Source of the DNA: Dehalococcoidia bacterium
GTDB lineage: Bacteria; Chloroflexota; Dehalococcoidia; Lucifugimonadales; UBA3495
Reading direction: 5' to 3'
Assembly: GCA_965220625.1 (NCBI GenBank)
Contig: CBDCQN010000003.1
Coordinates: 1,162,186-1,226,185 of the forward strand
DNA: 64,000 bases
The translations under genes were made by a program, and so were the position numbers. Shown piece by piece: positions 63,709-64,000 of the stretch. Below the pieces are notes generated by a model. That model did not search any database. It saw only the letters and a list, made by a program, of their open reading frames with translations, and was not told where the DNA came from. Position 1 is the first letter of the stretch. Every line of letters starts with the position of its first letter.

Positions 63709-64000
63709 TACTTCACCGTCTGGCGCGGGGTGGTTCCTGACGCTCGAAGGGGCTTTGGTAGTTGGTTCTTGAAGAGGTCCAATTCTATCAGGTCTGCCAG
63801 TTTGCCCAGTTCCGCCGGTATTTCTCCGGTTAACTGGTTTTGATAGAGACTCAGGATCTTCAGGTTGGAGAGTTGCCCGAGTTGGGGCGGTATCCGGCCC
63901 TCCAGCCGGTTTTCACCCCGATTGAAGTGCGACAAGATTCGACAGTTGCCCGAGTTCCGGTTGTATTTCTCCGGCCAGGTTTCCGTCGTACAGATTTATG
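63708..64000 (-). CDS. LRR protein, 3' part (gene continues beyond the window), with an apparent frameshift at a G4 run
   Basis: LEGRIPPQLGQLSNLKILSLYQNQLTGEIPAELGKLADL LRR units. Upstream LRR units (GEIQPELGQLSNLVAL) lie in a different frame that ends in TGA at the cggggtga site (63913-63920). Confidence 0.55.

Noticed and set aside
1-64000. tRNA, rRNA, integrase, transposase or prophage genes marking an island.
   Set aside because: I found no cloverleaf-compatible sequence with a GTTCGAATC-type T-arm outside coding regions, no rRNA-like stretch, and no recombinase-like ORF. The lower-GC patches (about 11.1-12.9 kb, 22.1-25.8 kb and 61.3-64 kb) therefore have no identifiable mobility genes in this window.

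Overview
Visibly GC-rich bacterial chromosomal segment (GC not computed) with about 58 protein-coding genes. I recognised no rRNA, tRNA, CRISPR array, transposase or integrase. The gene content is mostly catabolic: six luciferase-like (LLM) flavin/F420 oxidoreductases, three amidase-signature amidases, a GMC oxidoreductase, epoxide hydrolase, amidohydrolase, esterase and alpha/beta hydrolases, an SMP-30 lactonase, a MaoC pair and a crotonase. It also carries DUF1501/DUF1800/NHL genes, a PstS plus PhoR/PhoP-like module, an ECF sigma with a vWA-fused anti-sigma, two ABC systems and a higBA-type TA cassette. This paralog profile resembles marine Chloroflexota of the SAR202 type, but that is inference only. 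The most interesting signals are as follows. (1) A DsbA-family gene has an in-frame TGA exactly at the first Cys of its CxxC motif (U-P-F-C), with an SD-preceded ATG upstream and a hairpin just downstream, making it a candidate selenoprotein. (2) A second in-frame TGA at a conserved Cys-Gly position splits an MFS transporter gene. (3) An error-prone polymerase dnaE2 lacks imuA/imuB and is co-oriented with a nuclease-like protein and a RadD-like helicase that has a long uncharacterised C-terminal extension, both in a lower-GC patch. (4) A 596-aa orphan protein and a fused MNT-HEPN protein. (5) A tandem LRR (lipo)protein locus is disrupted by frameshifts at G-runs, including a G7 tract. (6) A family of short palindromic or MITE-like intergenic modules recurs at several sites. 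Many long antisense ORFs in the track are GC-driven shadow ORFs and were rejected.
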